The notes under the pieces: generated by a model | Told to the model about the DNA's origin: nothing | Databases searched by the model: none | What the model saw: only the letters and a program-made list of their open reading frames with translations | Shown here: positions 9,551 to 22,820 of the stretch, piece by piece | Position numbering within the stretch: the stretch's first letter is position 1 | Layout of the letters: every line of letters begins with the position of its first letter | Made by a program: the position numbers and the translations under genes | Assembly (NCBI GenBank): GCA_963745025.1 | Contig: CAVUWD010000010.1 | Coordinates: forward strand, 1 to 64,000 | Direction: 5' to 3' | Source: an uncultured delta proteobacterium | Lineage (GTDB): Bacteria > Desulfobacterota > Binatia > JACPRU01 | Length of the DNA stretch: 64,000 nucleotides

Positions 9551-10804
9551 CTAACAGAGGGTGCCGGAACTTGTGAAGCCGAACTTTTCGCGCGACGTGT
9601 CGCGGAATGCCGTGCGCGCCAGCAGCACGAAGAGCACGACCACGGCGAGAAAGTGAAAGGACGACAGCTGGAACGCGGTCGACAGCCGTTTGCCGAGGAG
9701 CTCGAGGCCGGCGAGCAAATTCAGACCGAAGACGACCCAGAGACCCGCCGCGAACTCGCGCCGCGCGGGACTCCAGAGGCGGCCGACGGCTCCCCCCAGG
9801 GGAAACATCAGATTCGCGAAGTAGTACTTCCATGAATACGGCGCGGCGACCGTCGAGTAGAGAAGATAGAGCGAGAGCTCGTCGCCGTTCGGGCCTTGCG
9901 GCTCCGGCCGACGGAGGCTCGCGAGACGAGACGACAGCACGACGAGCGGCATCAAAAAGAGACCGTGGAGAAGCAACGTGATCACGCGCACGGCGCTCGG
10001 CGGAAGCTCGAAGAGCGGTGATCCGTCCGGATGGGGCTGGAACAGCCGATAGGTGAACGCCGAGATCGACTGGTTGATCTTGTTGCCCATCTCGTAGTGC
10101 CCCGCCTGATCGACGACGACCCCAACCCAATCGTGCAGCAATTGAGGATAGGCTCGCCCCCACCAGACCGCCGGGATCGCCATCAGCACGGCGAAGCCAA
10201 AGGTCGTCCACAGCGCGAATCGCCACTGGCGTCGGAGCAGCACCTGGAGGAGCAGTACCACCGGTACGATCTTCGCGGCGATGGCTGCTGACAAGGCGAA
10301 GCCGGCGAGCCCGTATCGGCCAAGCGACGCGTACAGGTACGCGCGAAGCACGAGCCACAGAAGGACGAGGTTCAGCTGGCCATGTCCCAGATTGTTGTCG
10401 ATGAATCGGAAGGAAAGAACGATCACGAGCAGGTGAAAGCCCGGCGGCGCCCGACCGTCAGGGAAGAGGAGCGCGGCGGTCGAGTGAAGGATCGATACGA
10501 TGACGACGATGTTGACAACGAACCACAGCATCTTGCCCGCGAGCTCCGGAAGCACCGCGAGCGGAAAGAACGCGAACGTCACGACCGGCGCGTACAGGTA
10601 GCGGTGGGGATCCTCGAGCCGATAGATCGTCTGGCCGGAGACGGCTCGCGTCGCGGCGCGGTGATACACCTTGAAATCGCCCATGCCGTGCGTGACGTGG
10701 CGTGCCGCGTAGACGACCAACAACAGCGCCAGTACGACCTGCACGCGCCGCCGCCGCGTGAGCGCCTCGGCGCGAGCGGCCCAATCGAGCAATGACGCGG
10801 TCAC
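9551..10804 (-). CDS. GT87 / DUF2029 family polytopic glycosyltransferase (GT-C)
   Basis: GDFKVYH, YLYAP, GQLN, KIVP and NQSI motifs; many TM helices. Confidence 0.8.
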   Translation of the reverse strand: MTASLLDWAARAEALTRRRRVQVVLALLLVVYAARHVTHGMGDFKVYHRAATRAVSGQTIYRLEDPHRYLYAPVVTFAFFPLAVLPELAGKMLWFVVNIVVIVSILHSTAALLFPDGRAPPGFHLLVIVLSFRFIDNNLGHGQLNLVLLWLVLRAYLYASLGRYGLAGFALSAAIAAKIVPVVLLLQVLLRRQWRFALWTTFGFAVLMAIPAVWWGRAYPQLLHDWVGVVVDQAGHYEMGNKINQSISAFTYRLFQPHPDGSPLFELPPSAVRVITLLLHGLFLMPLVVLSSRLASLRRPEPQGPNGDELSLYLLYSTVAAPYSWKYYFANLMFPLGGAVGRLWSPARREFAAGLWVVFGLNLLAGLELLGKRLSTAFQLSSFHFLAVVVLFVLLARTAFRDTSREKFGFTSSGTLC

Positions 10805-10895
10805 GGGGAACCGTCGCGGCGAAGTGACGGGAAGAACGGGCGAGAGGTCGCCGCGCCGTCCGTGTCTGAGCTTCCTCTCGCCCGAACGAAGTTCG

Positions 10896-11213
10896 CTAGA
10901 TCTTGCCTTGCAGGATGAAGGCGATGACCAGCGTGTAGAGCGCCAGAGCTTCCATCAGCGCGAGGCCGAGGATGAACGGCGTGAAGAGCCTGTCGGCCGA
11001 GTTCGGATTCCGACCGATGCTCTCCATGGCTGCCGCCGTGGCGCGCCCTTGCCCAAGCCCGACGCCAAACGCGGCGAGCCCCATGCCGATGCCGGCACCG
11101 AGCGCGATGAGTCCGCCCGTGCTGCCTGCGGCCGCCGCGCCCTCCTGTGCCAGCGCCGGACTTGCGATCAGGCACAAGGTGAGAAGGGCCAGAAACGTGA
11201 TGACTGTGCGCAT
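10896..11213 (-). CDS. atpE: ATP synthase F0 subunit c with N-terminal signal-like extension
   Basis: GLAAFGVGLGQG...IGRNP...LALMEALALY; SD AAGGAGG before ATG 11213. Confidence 0.95.
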   Translation of the reverse strand: MRTVITFLALLTLCLIASPALAQEGAAAAGSTGGLIALGAGIGMGLAAFGVGLGQGRATAAAMESIGRNPNSADRLFTPFILGLALMEALALYTLVIAFILQGKI

Positions 11214-11314
11214 CTCTTTCCTCCTTTCCGTCAAGGGGTTTCCCGCCCGCCTTCTCTTTTCTCTCTCCGCCACCGTTTGCGGTTCTGCCCTTGAGCTCTG
11301 ATTCGCGGGCCGCG

Positions 11315-12007
11315 TCAGTGGTCGTGTCCGACTGCCGACGCGATGTAGACCATGCTGAGGACCGTGAACACGAACGCCTGCACGACGCACACGAAGGCGC
11401 CGAGGGTGTAGAAGGCGATCGGGATCACCGCCTTGGTGAGATCCGTGAAGATGCCCAGCACGAGATGATCGGCGAACATGTTTCCGAAGAGACGGATCGC
11501 CAAGGAGACCGGCCGGAACACCTCGCTCAGGATCTCGACAACGGCCAAGAGCGGCGCGAGCCAGATCACCGGTCCGGCGAAGTGCCGCAGGTAGGAAACG
11601 CCATGCTCCCGAAACCCGTAGTAGTTGTACGCGCCGAACGACACGATACCGAGGCCAAAGGTAGTGCCGATGTTGCCGGTGGGCGCCGTGAAGCCGGGAA
11701 CCAGCCCGATCAGGTTCGCGAACAAGATGAAAGTGAACATGGTGGCGAGCAACGGGACGTACTTCCGGCCGTGATGGCCGATCATTCCTTCCACCATCTT
11801 GTTGACGAACGTGGTGATGACCTCGAAGAGCTCCCGCGCGCTCGGCCGCCCGTCCGGCACCAGCGGCTCTTTGGCGGTGGCGAGGGCGTGGCGTGCGGCC
11901 CAAGCGACGCCAACCAGGATGACCGCGACCAGCGTCGCCGTCACCGAGTGATTCGGGAGGTCGCGGAGACCGGGGATCGTCCCGATCCAGCTGAATCCAT
12001 GTTCCAT
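11315..12007 (-). CDS. atpB: ATP synthase F0 subunit a
   Basis: NLIGLVPG, RPVSLAIRLFGNMFADH, VQAFVFTVLSMVYI. Confidence 0.96.
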   Translation of the reverse strand: MEHGFSWIGTIPGLRDLPNHSVTATLVAVILVGVAWAARHALATAKEPLVPDGRPSARELFEVITTFVNKMVEGMIGHHGRKYVPLLATMFTFILFANLIGLVPGFTAPTGNIGTTFGLGIVSFGAYNYYGFREHGVSYLRHFAGPVIWLAPLLAVVEILSEVFRPVSLAIRLFGNMFADHLVLGIFTDLTKAVIPIAFYTLGAFVCVVQAFVFTVLSMVYIASAVGHDH

Positions 12008-12010
12008 CGT

Positions 12011-12394
12011 TTAGGCTGCCGGCGAATGCGTCACGGCTCGCGGTCGGCGAGCCTTCGTCGCGAGAGCGACGAGCAGCGTGGCGAGGACGAAGCAGCTCAC
12101 GCCGAGCGCGAAGCCTTGCCCATCGGCCACGAGCCTCCCGCTGAGCGCTGCCGCGCTGAGGGCCAAGTAGATCAGTATCTTCACGCTGCCGAGCACGATC
12201 GCCAGCGGCTTCCGCCCCGGCTCGGTGATGGACCGGGCAGCGACCCAGAACGTCACGAAGGAGAACGCGATCAGTCCACCGCCGAGCAGTATTCCTTTTA
12301 GAGGCCACCCGAACGCGCGGAGCGCAAGGCTCACGATCGCGAGCAGCGCGGCGTGGGTAGCGGCTACGTAGTAGAGCGCTTCGTCCCTACTCAT
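12011..12394 (-). CDS. atpI: ATP synthase protein I-like membrane protein
   Basis: 4-TM protein immediately upstream of atpB. Confidence 0.65.
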   Translation of the reverse strand: MSRDEALYYVAATHAALLAIVSLALRAFGWPLKGILLGGGLIAFSFVTFWVAARSITEPGRKPLAIVLGSVKILIYLALSAAALSGRLVADGQGFALGVSCFVLATLLVALATKARRPRAVTHSPAA

Positions 12395-12629
12395 CCATGT
12401 TCCTTCGCTCGAGCTGCCTCAACGTCACGACCATCCGATAAAGGCCCGTAGTCGTACCCAACAACGTGAGTGCGATCAAGCCCCACGGCGCGGTCTCGAA
12501 CTGACGGTCGAAGAAGTAGCCGAGCAGCGCCCCCGCTAGGATCGATCCCAGAAATTCATACGCGACCGAGGTGAGCTGACCCACGCGAACCCAGAGGTCG
12601 GCGCCGCCTCGCTGCGGCCGAGAGGTCAT
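12387..12629 (-). CDS. atpZ: AtpZ/AtpI (ATPase gene 1) family protein
   Basis: GALLGYFFDRQFETAPW motif; 2 TM segments; position in the F0 operon. Confidence 0.8.
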   Translation of the reverse strand: MTSRPQRGGADLWVRVGQLTSVAYEFLGSILAGALLGYFFDRQFETAPWGLIALTLLGTTTGLYRMVVTLRQLERRNMDE

Positions 12630-13900
12630 AGCGGCGCCAGGGCTTCCGTAGCGGCCTCGGCGACTCCATCGACGTCTGCCTCGCTGTGTGCCAGCGAGAG
12701 GAACGCCGCCTCGAATTGCGACGGTGGTAGGTAGAAGCCGCGCTCGAGCATCCCGTGGAAAAACCGGGCGTAGGCTTTCGTGTCCGCCGCGCGTGCTTCG
12801 CTGAAGTTCCCTACCCGCTCGACACCGAAAAAAAGCGTGAACATCGAGCCGGCTCGATTGAGCACCGCAGGCACGCGGCGATCGCGGAGTACACGGCGTA
12901 GCTTCTCCTGCAGGCGCGAGCCGAGCGCCTCGAGCCGTGCACAGCTCTTCGGGCCGAGCTCGCGCAGCGTGGCAAGGCCGGCTGCCACCGCCAGGGGATT
13001 TCCGGAGAGGGTTCCCGCCTGATAAACCCCGCCGAGGGGCGAGAGCTTGTCCATCACGTCGCTACGGCCACCAAAGGCGGCGACGGGAAGGCCGCCGCCG
13101 AGGATTTTGCCGAGGCAGGTGAGATCGGCCGCGATGCCGGTCAGTTCCTGCACACCGCCCTTCGCCAGCCGAAAACCGGTGATCACCTCGTCGAAGATCA
13201 GCAGGGTGCCGGATCGGCGCGTGACCTTGCGCAGCGCCTCGAGGAACCCCGGCTTCGGCAGGACTACGCCCATGTTTCCGACGACGGGCTCTACGATCAC
13301 GGCCGCAAGCTCGCGTCCGTGTGATCGCAAGCACGCCTCGACCTCGGCGGCATCATTGAACTCGGCGACGCGCGTGAGCGCCGTGACGGCCTCCGGCACA
13401 CCATCGCTTTCCGGAACGCCGAAGGTGGCGCCCCCGGATCCGGCGCGAACCAGAAGCGCATCCACGTGGCCGTGATAGCAACCGGAAAACTTGAGCACGC
13501 CCGGTCGCTTCGTGAAGGCGCGCGCAACTCGGATCGCTGACATTGTCGCTTCGGTGCCCGAGCTCACCAGCCGAACCTTCTCGATCGACGGATAGGCACC
13601 GACGATGTCGCGCGCGAGCTCGACTTCCCCCGGCGTCGGCGCGCCGAACGACACTCCGCGAGCGGCGGCGTCCTGAACGGCACGGACCACGCTTGGATGT
13701 GCATGACCGAAAATCAGTGATCCCCACGAGCAAACCAGGTCCACGTAGCTTCGCCCGTCGACATCGGTGACGCGTGCACCCTGGCCGCGCGAGAGGAACC
13801 GCGGCGTTCCGCCGACGCTCTTCCAGGCGCGCACGGGGCTGTTGACTCCTCCGGGAATCAATCGTCGTGCCTCGGCGAAGAGCTTTTCCGACCGCTTCAT
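12626..13900 (-). CDS. hemL: Glutamate-1-semialdehyde 2,1-aminomutase
   Basis: IPGGVNSPVRA, SSGTEATMSA, GCYHGH, FDEVITGFR, LGKILGGGLP, YQAGTLSGNPLA. Confidence 0.96.
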   Translation of the reverse strand: MKRSEKLFAEARRLIPGGVNSPVRAWKSVGGTPRFLSRGQGARVTDVDGRSYVDLVCSWGSLIFGHAHPSVVRAVQDAAARGVSFGAPTPGEVELARDIVGAYPSIEKVRLVSSGTEATMSAIRVARAFTKRPGVLKFSGCYHGHVDALLVRAGSGGATFGVPESDGVPEAVTALTRVAEFNDAAEVEACLRSHGRELAAVIVEPVVGNMGVVLPKPGFLEALRKVTRRSGTLLIFDEVITGFRLAKGGVQELTGIAADLTCLGKILGGGLPVAAFGGRSDVMDKLSPLGGVYQAGTLSGNPLAVAAGLATLRELGPKSCARLEALGSRLQEKLRRVLRDRRVPAVLNRAGSMFTLFFGVERVGNFSEARAADTKAYARFFHGMLERGFYLPPSQFEAAFLSLAHSEADVDGVAEAATEALAPL

Positions 13901-14173
13901 CGTGTGTGGACTTCTGCCACAACCTTCGCGAGACACCAATCCCACTCCGCGCGTGCCCCATTTGCGGGTCGCGAAGTTTTTTCTTGAAATGATCGGCGGA
14001 AGGGTCTAGACGAACGTTTCCGGTGGCGGTCTATGTGGAGTACTCGCCGTGCGGCCACGCGGTCGCCATTGGGTGGTGGGGGACGTGGTCAAGGGCATCG
14101 CTGTCGTAAGCGGTTCGCCGATCATCCTTGGTTTCCTAAATCGATCAGAGTTTTGCACCATTGTTGACCGTCT

Positions 14174-14238
14174 TGTGGATGGGCATTCCAACTCCCCATT
14201 GCCACGGGGATTTGCCGATTATCCACCATTGTGGATAA
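14174..14238. promoter_or_regulatory. DnaA boxes upstream of dnaA
   Basis: TTATCCACC at 14219 and perfect TGTGGATAA at 14230 form an inverted pair; degenerate TGTGGATGG at 14174. Confidence 0.8.
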
Positions 14239-14295
14239 CGTTCGGAAGAGTCTCCATCGGTCAAAAACGCTGTCTGAAATGTCTGGAGCTCTGAA

Positions 14296-15648
14296 ATGGA
14301 AGCGGCCTGGTTGCGGGTCACCGACGTCCTGCGTGAGAAGATCGGTAGTCAGAATCTCGAGACCTGGTTTCGGCCGGCGCTCTTTCTCGGAGTGCACGAT
14401 TCCCGAGCTCTTCTCCAGCTGCCGAACAAGTTCTTCGTCGATTGGATCGCGGACCATTACCAGCCAGCCCTACTCGAGAGCTTGCAGGCGGTGCTCGGCA
14501 CCGAGCTCCGTGGTGTGGCACTGCGTGTAAATCCAAATCCGCAAGGCGAACTCTTTCCAAAGTCCGATCGTCCCAGCGATCCGGCGAACGATGAAACCCC
14601 GCGGCGCGCGGCACGCCGCGGCGGCCTGGTGGCTCGCTACACCTTTGCCAACTTCGTCGTTGGCGCCAGCAACAAATTCGCACATGCCGCCGCCGAGGCG
14701 GTGGCCAACAAGCCGGGTGATCACTACAACCCGCTCTTCATCTACGGAGGAGTGGGCCTCGGCAAGACCCACCTCATCAACGCCATCGGGCACCAGGTGC
14801 TCGGGCGCGCCGACGGTGCGAAGGTCGGCTATTTCGCCGCCGAATCGTTCATGAACGAGCTCATCACGGCGATCCGTGAGAAGCGCATGGACGATTTCAA
14901 GAACCGCTTCCGCAAGCTCGATGTGCTCATCCTCGACGACGTCCAGTTCCTCGCCGGCCGAGAGCAAACCCAGGTCGAGTTCTTCCACACGTTCAACACA
15001 CTGCACGAGAGTCATCGTCAGATCGTTCTCTCCTCGGACAAATTCCCGAAGGACATCCCGCAGCTTGAAGAGCGGCTGCGCAACCGTTTCGAGTGGGGCC
15101 TGATCGCCGACATCCAGGCGCCCGACATCGAGACTCGTGTGGCGATTCTGTTGAAAAAGGCAGAGGCAGAGGCCTTACCGCTCGGGCACGATGTCGCTCT
15201 CTTCCTCGCCTCGAAGTTTGAGGCCAACATTCGCGAGCTCGAAGGCTCCCTCACGCGACTGGGGGCGTTGGCCTCCTTCCTGCATAAGTCGATCACCGTT
15301 GAGTTCGCGCGGGAGGTTCTCAAGGACCTCGTCAAGGACCGCAACCTGCAAGTGACCGTCGAGAGCGTCCAGCAGGTAATCTCGGCTCAGTTCGCCGTGA
15401 AGCTCTCCGATCTCAAATCGCCGAAGCGCACCCGCAACCTTGCCTTTGCTCGTCAGGTAGGAATGTACCTATCGCGCAAAGTGGTGGGTGCGTCCCTGCC
15501 ATCGATTGGTGAAAAATTCGGTAACCGTGACCATTCGACGGTAATTCACGCTATCCGGGTGATCGAGAAACGGCGCGATGAGGACCCGGGATTTTACTCG
15601 ACGCTCGAAGGCCTCAAACGTTTGATTGAAAGTCATGGCAAGGTGTGA
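14296..15648 (+). CDS. dnaA: Chromosomal replication initiator DnaA
   Basis: YTFANFVVG, YNPLFIYGGVGLGKTHL, DDVQFL, RLRNRFEWGL, RDHSTVIHA. Confidence 0.98.
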   Translation: MEAAWLRVTDVLREKIGSQNLETWFRPALFLGVHDSRALLQLPNKFFVDWIADHYQPALLESLQAVLGTELRGVALRVNPNPQGELFPKSDRPSDPANDETPRRAARRGGLVARYTFANFVVGASNKFAHAAAEAVANKPGDHYNPLFIYGGVGLGKTHLINAIGHQVLGRADGAKVGYFAAESFMNELITAIREKRMDDFKNRFRKLDVLILDDVQFLAGREQTQVEFFHTFNTLHESHRQIVLSSDKFPKDIPQLEERLRNRFEWGLIADIQAPDIETRVAILLKKAEAEALPLGHDVALFLASKFEANIRELEGSLTRLGALASFLHKSITVEFAREVLKDLVKDRNLQVTVESVQQVISAQFAVKLSDLKSPKRTRNLAFARQVGMYLSRKVVGASLPSIGEKFGNRDHSTVIHAIRVIEKRRDEDPGFYSTLEGLKRLIESHGKV

Positions 15649-15873
15649 GCCGGTTGTGAGTATCGCCGTGGACGATTTGCGCAACACGGCAGTCAGATGC
15701 CCACGGCTTGAGCTTCACGGTTTCTTCTGCAAACCTCCGTCCACAGTCACCGATGGTAGTTTTCTCTCGGAGGATGGACACTTGCGAGAGTTATTCAATT
15801 ACTCACAGTGCCTTCTACTATGATTTTTCTTCTCTTCTTATTTTCCAAAAAATCTCTTATTAGAGAGTCCTGA
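15649..15873. other. Probable oriC (DnaA box, GC tract, DnaA-trios and AT-rich unwinding element)
   Basis: TTATTCAAT/TTACTCACA (15791-15807), GTGCC, TTC TAC TAT GAT, then a strongly AT-rich run to about 15862 in the dnaA-dnaN gap. Confidence 0.75.
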
Positions 15874-16998
15874 ATGGAATTCGAGATCCAGCGAACAGAG
15901 TTTCTCGAGGGCTTGAGGCTCACCCAAGGGGTCGTCGAGCGACGCAACACGCTACCGATTCTCTCGAATACGCTCATCGAGCCGGCCGAAGGCGGAATCT
16001 CGATTCTGGCAACCGATCTCGATACCGGTGTGCGGCGCTGCTGTACGGCGAGGGTGAAAGGATCGGGAGCCATCACCGTAAATGCACGTAAGCTCTTCGA
16101 GCTCGTGAAAGAGATGAAGGGTGACGTCATTCGGGTGCGTGGGCTCGAGAACCACCGCGTCGAAGTGCTGAGCGGAAAGACTCGTCTAAATCTCGTCGGA
16201 CTCGATCCCAAGGAGTTTCCCAGCATTCCGGGACTGACCGGCAAGCCGAACAAGGGGGCAAGCGAGCTCAGGGCGAAGGCGGCTCTCTTGGGGTCCATGA
16301 TCGAGAGCACGCTATTCGCAGTTTCGCTCGACGAGACACGCATCAACCTGAGCGGAGTGTATCTCGAGAATCAGCAGGGCGCGCTTCGCATGGTTGCAAC
16401 TGATGGCCACCGCCTAGCGATGATCGATCGCCAGATCGAGGGGCGGGTGCCGGAAAAGGGCGTGATCCTGCCTCGTAAGGGACTGGTGGAAGCGAAGAAG
16501 CTGCTCGAGTCGGGCGATGGCGAAGACGATCTCGTAACTCTGTGGATCGATGGTCCGATCGCCAAAGTCGTGCGCAACCGAGCCGAGCTCTTCATGCGGT
16601 TGATCGAAGGAGAATTCCCCGATTACCGACAGGTGATTCCCAAGCAGAGCAAGGCGAAGATCAGTCTCGGACGCGAGGAGTTCCTCCGTGCGCTCGGTTG
16701 TATGTCGGTGCTGGCCACGGAGCGAGCCAAAGGTGTGCGCGTTACGCTGAAGCCCGGCGTCCTCGAGGTTCAGGTGAGTAACCCAGATGCCGGTGATGGC
16801 TTGGACGAGATCGAGGTCGCGTACTCTGGAGACGAGCTCTCGATCGGCTTCAATGGGCGCTATTTGATCGAGGCCCTCGTCGCCATGCACGACGGAGAGA
16901 AGGTCGAGTTCATGGTCAGCGACGACGTGAGCCCGGGTGTGCTGAGGCCCGAGGGTGACGAAAGCCACTGCTACGTCGTGATGCCGATGCGGCTCTGA
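15874..16998 (+). CDS. dnaN: DNA polymerase III beta clamp
   Basis: TLPILSN, ATDL, VATDGHRLA, RLIEGEFPDY, FNGRYL, VVMPMRL. Confidence 0.97.
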   Translation: MEFEIQRTEFLEGLRLTQGVVERRNTLPILSNTLIEPAEGGISILATDLDTGVRRCCTARVKGSGAITVNARKLFELVKEMKGDVIRVRGLENHRVEVLSGKTRLNLVGLDPKEFPSIPGLTGKPNKGASELRAKAALLGSMIESTLFAVSLDETRINLSGVYLENQQGALRMVATDGHRLAMIDRQIEGRVPEKGVILPRKGLVEAKKLLESGDGEDDLVTLWIDGPIAKVVRNRAELFMRLIEGEFPDYRQVIPKQSKAKISLGREEFLRALGCMSVLATERAKGVRVTLKPGVLEVQVSNPDAGDGLDEIEVAYSGDELSIGFNGRYLIEALVAMHDGEKVEFMVSDDVSPGVLRPEGDESHCYVVMPMRL

Positions 16999-17188
16999 GC
17001 CAACTCCCTTCCCCACGTTCTTACCCAGTTTTCCAGTTCCGTGCATTTCCCCCATATTCTGCCATGTTCCAAGTGGATTAGAATGCTATTTTAAATCTGT
17101 CACAAAGCTTTACTTTACGTGATTTTTCGCGTAAATTTGCCAACACGGGGAAAGGGCTCTTTCTACCCTTCAACAAAACCATTTTTGA

Positions 17189-19636
<2,448 letters not shown>

Positions 19637-19663
19637 TGAGGTCCCACCCTCTCAGGAACCGTC

Positions 19664-22177
19664 ATGGAGGAAATCAAACAGCCCCGCTCGCCGATCAACA
19701 TCGAAGACGAGATGCGGCAGTCCTACATGGACTACGCGATGTCCGTCATCATCGGGCGCGCGCTGCCGGACGCCCGCGACGGCCTGAAGCCCGTGCATCG
19801 CCGCGTGCTCTACGCGATGTACGACCTCTCGAACGACTGGAACCGGCCGTACAAGAAGTCCGCGCGCGTCGTCGGCGACGTCATCGGTAAGTATCATCCG
19901 CACGGCGACTCGGCGGTCTACGACACGATCGTGCGCATGGCGCAGGACTTCTCGCTGCGCTATCCGCTGATCGACGGCCAGGGCAACTTCGGCTCGGTCG
20001 ACGGCGATCCGCCGGCGGCCATGCGCTACACGGAAGTGCGCATGGCGCGGATCGCCAGCGAGCTGCTCGCCGACATCGACAAGGAGACGGTCGACTTCCT
20101 CCCGAACTACGACGACACGTGCGCGAGCCGCTGCCGCTGCCCGCGAAGATTCCGAACCTGCTGATCAACGGCTCGGCGGGCATCGCCGTCGGCATGGCGA
20201 CGAACATTCCGCCGCACAATCTGGGCGAGATCGTCGATGCGGCGATCGCGCTCATCGAGCATCCCGACGTCACGATCGACGAGCTGATGCGCCAAGGTCC
20301 CGGGACCCGACTTCCCGACCGGCGGGATTCATCTGCGGCCGGAAGGCCATCCGCGAGGCCTACCACGAGGGCCGGGGGATCCTGACCGTGCGCGCGCGGG
20401 CGACGATCGAGACGGACGACGAAGAGCGAACGCGCGTCGATCATCGTCACCGAGATCCCGTACCAGGTGAACAAGGCGCGGCTCATCGAGCGCATCGCCG
20501 AGCTGGTCAACGAGAAGACGCATCGACGGCATCTCCGATCTGCGCGACGAGTCCGATCGCGACGGCATGCGCATCGTCATCGAGCTGAAGCGCGACGCGA
20601 TCGCGGAGATCGTGCTGAACCAGCTCTACAAGCACACGCCGATGCAGGACTCGTTCGGCGTCAACATGCTGGCGATCGTCGACGGCCGGCCGCGGCTCTT
20701 GAATCTCAAGGACGCGCTCGCAGGTCTTCCTCGAGCATCGTCGCGAGGTCGTGCACCGGCGCACGGTCTTCGACCTGCGCAAGGCCGAGGAGCGGCTCCA
20801 CATCCTCGCGGGTCTCAAGATCGCGCTCGACAACCTCGATGCGGTGATCGCACTCATCCGCGGCGCCACCGATCCGAGCGCGGCGCAAGCGAGGGCCTGA
20901 TGACGCCGTTCGGTCTCTCGCGAGATTCAGGCGCAGGCGATCCTCGACATGCGTCTCCAGCGCCTGACCGGCCTCGAGCGCGACAAGATCCTCGAGGAGC
21001 TACGCCGAGACGCGAAGCGCAGATCGCGCCGCTACCGCGAGATCCTCGCCGACGAGCGCGAGGTCGCCAAGATCATCGTCGACGAGCTCGTCGAGGTGCC
21101 GCAAGCCTACGGCGACGCGCGTCGCACCCAGATCGTCGAAGAGGCTGCGAGCGACGTCACGGCCGAGGACCTGATCGTCGAAGAGGACATGGTGGTCACG
21201 ATCTCGCACGAGGGCTACGTCAAGCGGAACCCCGTGACCTCCTACCGCGCGCAGCGTCGCGGCGGCCGCGGCAAGATCGGCGCGACGACGCGCGACGAGG
21301 ACTTCGTCGAGCACCTGTTCGTCGCCTCGACCCACTCCTACATCCTGTTCTTCACCACGACGGGCAAGGTCTACTGGCTGAAGGTCCACGAGGTTCCGCA
21401 GGTCGGCCGGGCCGCGCGCGGCAAGCCGCTGGTCAACCTTCTGAATCTCGGCCCCGAGGAGAAGATCTCCGCGTTCCTGCCCGGTGCGCGAGTTCCGCGA
21501 GGGTCGCTACCTCTGCTTCGCGACGCGGCGCGGCCTGATGAAGAAGACCGACCTGATGGCGTACGCGAATCCGCGCCCGTCGGGAATCATCGCCATCGCC
21601 CTCGAAGAGGGGGACGAGGTGATCGACGTCCGTGAGACCGACGGCCAGCGTGAGATCATTTTGTCGACCCGCCACGGTCAGGCGATCCGCTTCCCCGAGA
21701 CCGGAGTGCGCGCCATGGGACGCGATACGTACGGCGTGAAAGGCATCACGCTCGAAGACGGCGACGCCGTGGTGGCGATGGCGACCGTCGATCCGGCGGC
21801 GAACCTGCTCGCGGTGTCGACGAACGGCTACGGCAAGCGCACCGAGATGGAGGAGTACCGCCTCACCCATCGCGGCGGAAAGGGCATCATCACGATGCGC
21901 GTCACGGAAAAGACGGGCCCGGTGGTCGGCGTGCTGCATCGTTACGGACGAAGACCAGATCATGCTCATCACCACCGGCGGCAAGCTGATCCGCCTGCGC
22001 GTTTCGGAGGTGCGCCGAAGCGGGCGCAACACGCAGGGCGTGCGCCTGATCGGCCTCGAGCCCGGTGAGCAGGTCGTGGCCATCGCTCGCTTGGCGGAGG
22101 GCGAGGAGGCCGAGCCCGGAGACAACGGCAACGGGGGCAACGGTGGCGGCGAAGAAACCGACGGCGATCCTGTTTGA
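19664..22177 (+). CDS. gyrA: DNA gyrase subunit A (multiple frameshifts, probably sequencing errors)
   Basis: [51 protein letters not shown], GyrA-box QRRGGRG and beta-pinwheel repeats spread over about 7 ORFs. Confidence 0.93.
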
Positions 22178-22820
22178 TTTCGACGGGGTCATCGTCGATT
22201 CCGAATCACTCCATCATCGCGCGTACGAGATCGCTTTAGCACCCTACGGCGTAGGCGCGATCCCACTCGAGATCTACGCGGACCGCTTCAGCAATCGGGG
22301 CGTCGGTCTCGAGTACTGCGCGCAGCAGGTGCCAGGACTCGACGTCCGGGAGCTGAAGCGGCGAAAGGATCGCCTGTTTCAAGAGATCCTCGAGACCGAT
22401 GCCCGCTTACTCCCTGGTGTGACCGATGTCCTTGGCGATCTGGCCGAGCAGTGGCCGCTCGCGCTCGCCACCGGCTCGGAGCGGGAAGCGGTCACGCTCG
22501 TACTGCGGCGGTTCGCTCTTCTCGGCTTCTTTCGCGCGCTCGTCGCCCGCGAGGACTACGATCACGACAAGCCGGCGCCGGACGCGTTTCTCCGGGCCTG
22601 CGAGTCGCTCGGCGAGCCGCCCGCGAGCTGTCTCGCCGTGGAGGATTCCTACAAGGGGCTCTGCGCCGCTCGCGCGGCCGGCATTGCGTGCGTCGTGGTC
22701 CCGAACGATTACACGCGGAACGGGGATTTCGCGGGCGCGTCGGCGATCCTTTCGTCGCTCCACGAGCTCTCGCCCGAGCGCGCCGAAGAGATTTTTTGGG
22801 GGCCGGGTTACGAGAGTTGA
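22143..22820 (+). CDS. HAD family phosphatase (CbbY/beta-PGM-like)
   Basis: [26 protein letters not shown]; GTG 22143 overlaps the end of gyrA. Confidence 0.88.
   Translation: MAAKKPTAILFDFDGVIVDSESLHHRAYEIALAPYGVGAIPLEIYADRFSNRGVGLEYCAQQVPGLDVRELKRRKDRLFQEILETDARLLPGVTDVLGDLAEQWPLALATGSEREAVTLVLRRFALLGFFRALVAREDYDHDKPAPDAFLRACESLGEPPASCLAVEDSYKGLCAARAAGIACVVVPNDYTRNGDFAGASAILSSLHELSPERAEEIFWGPGYES

Noticed and set aside
10896-12308. 470-aa ORF ending in subunit c (giant c fusion)
   Set aside because: The upstream part is an off-frame overlap of atpI/atpB; a strong SD supports the start at 11213
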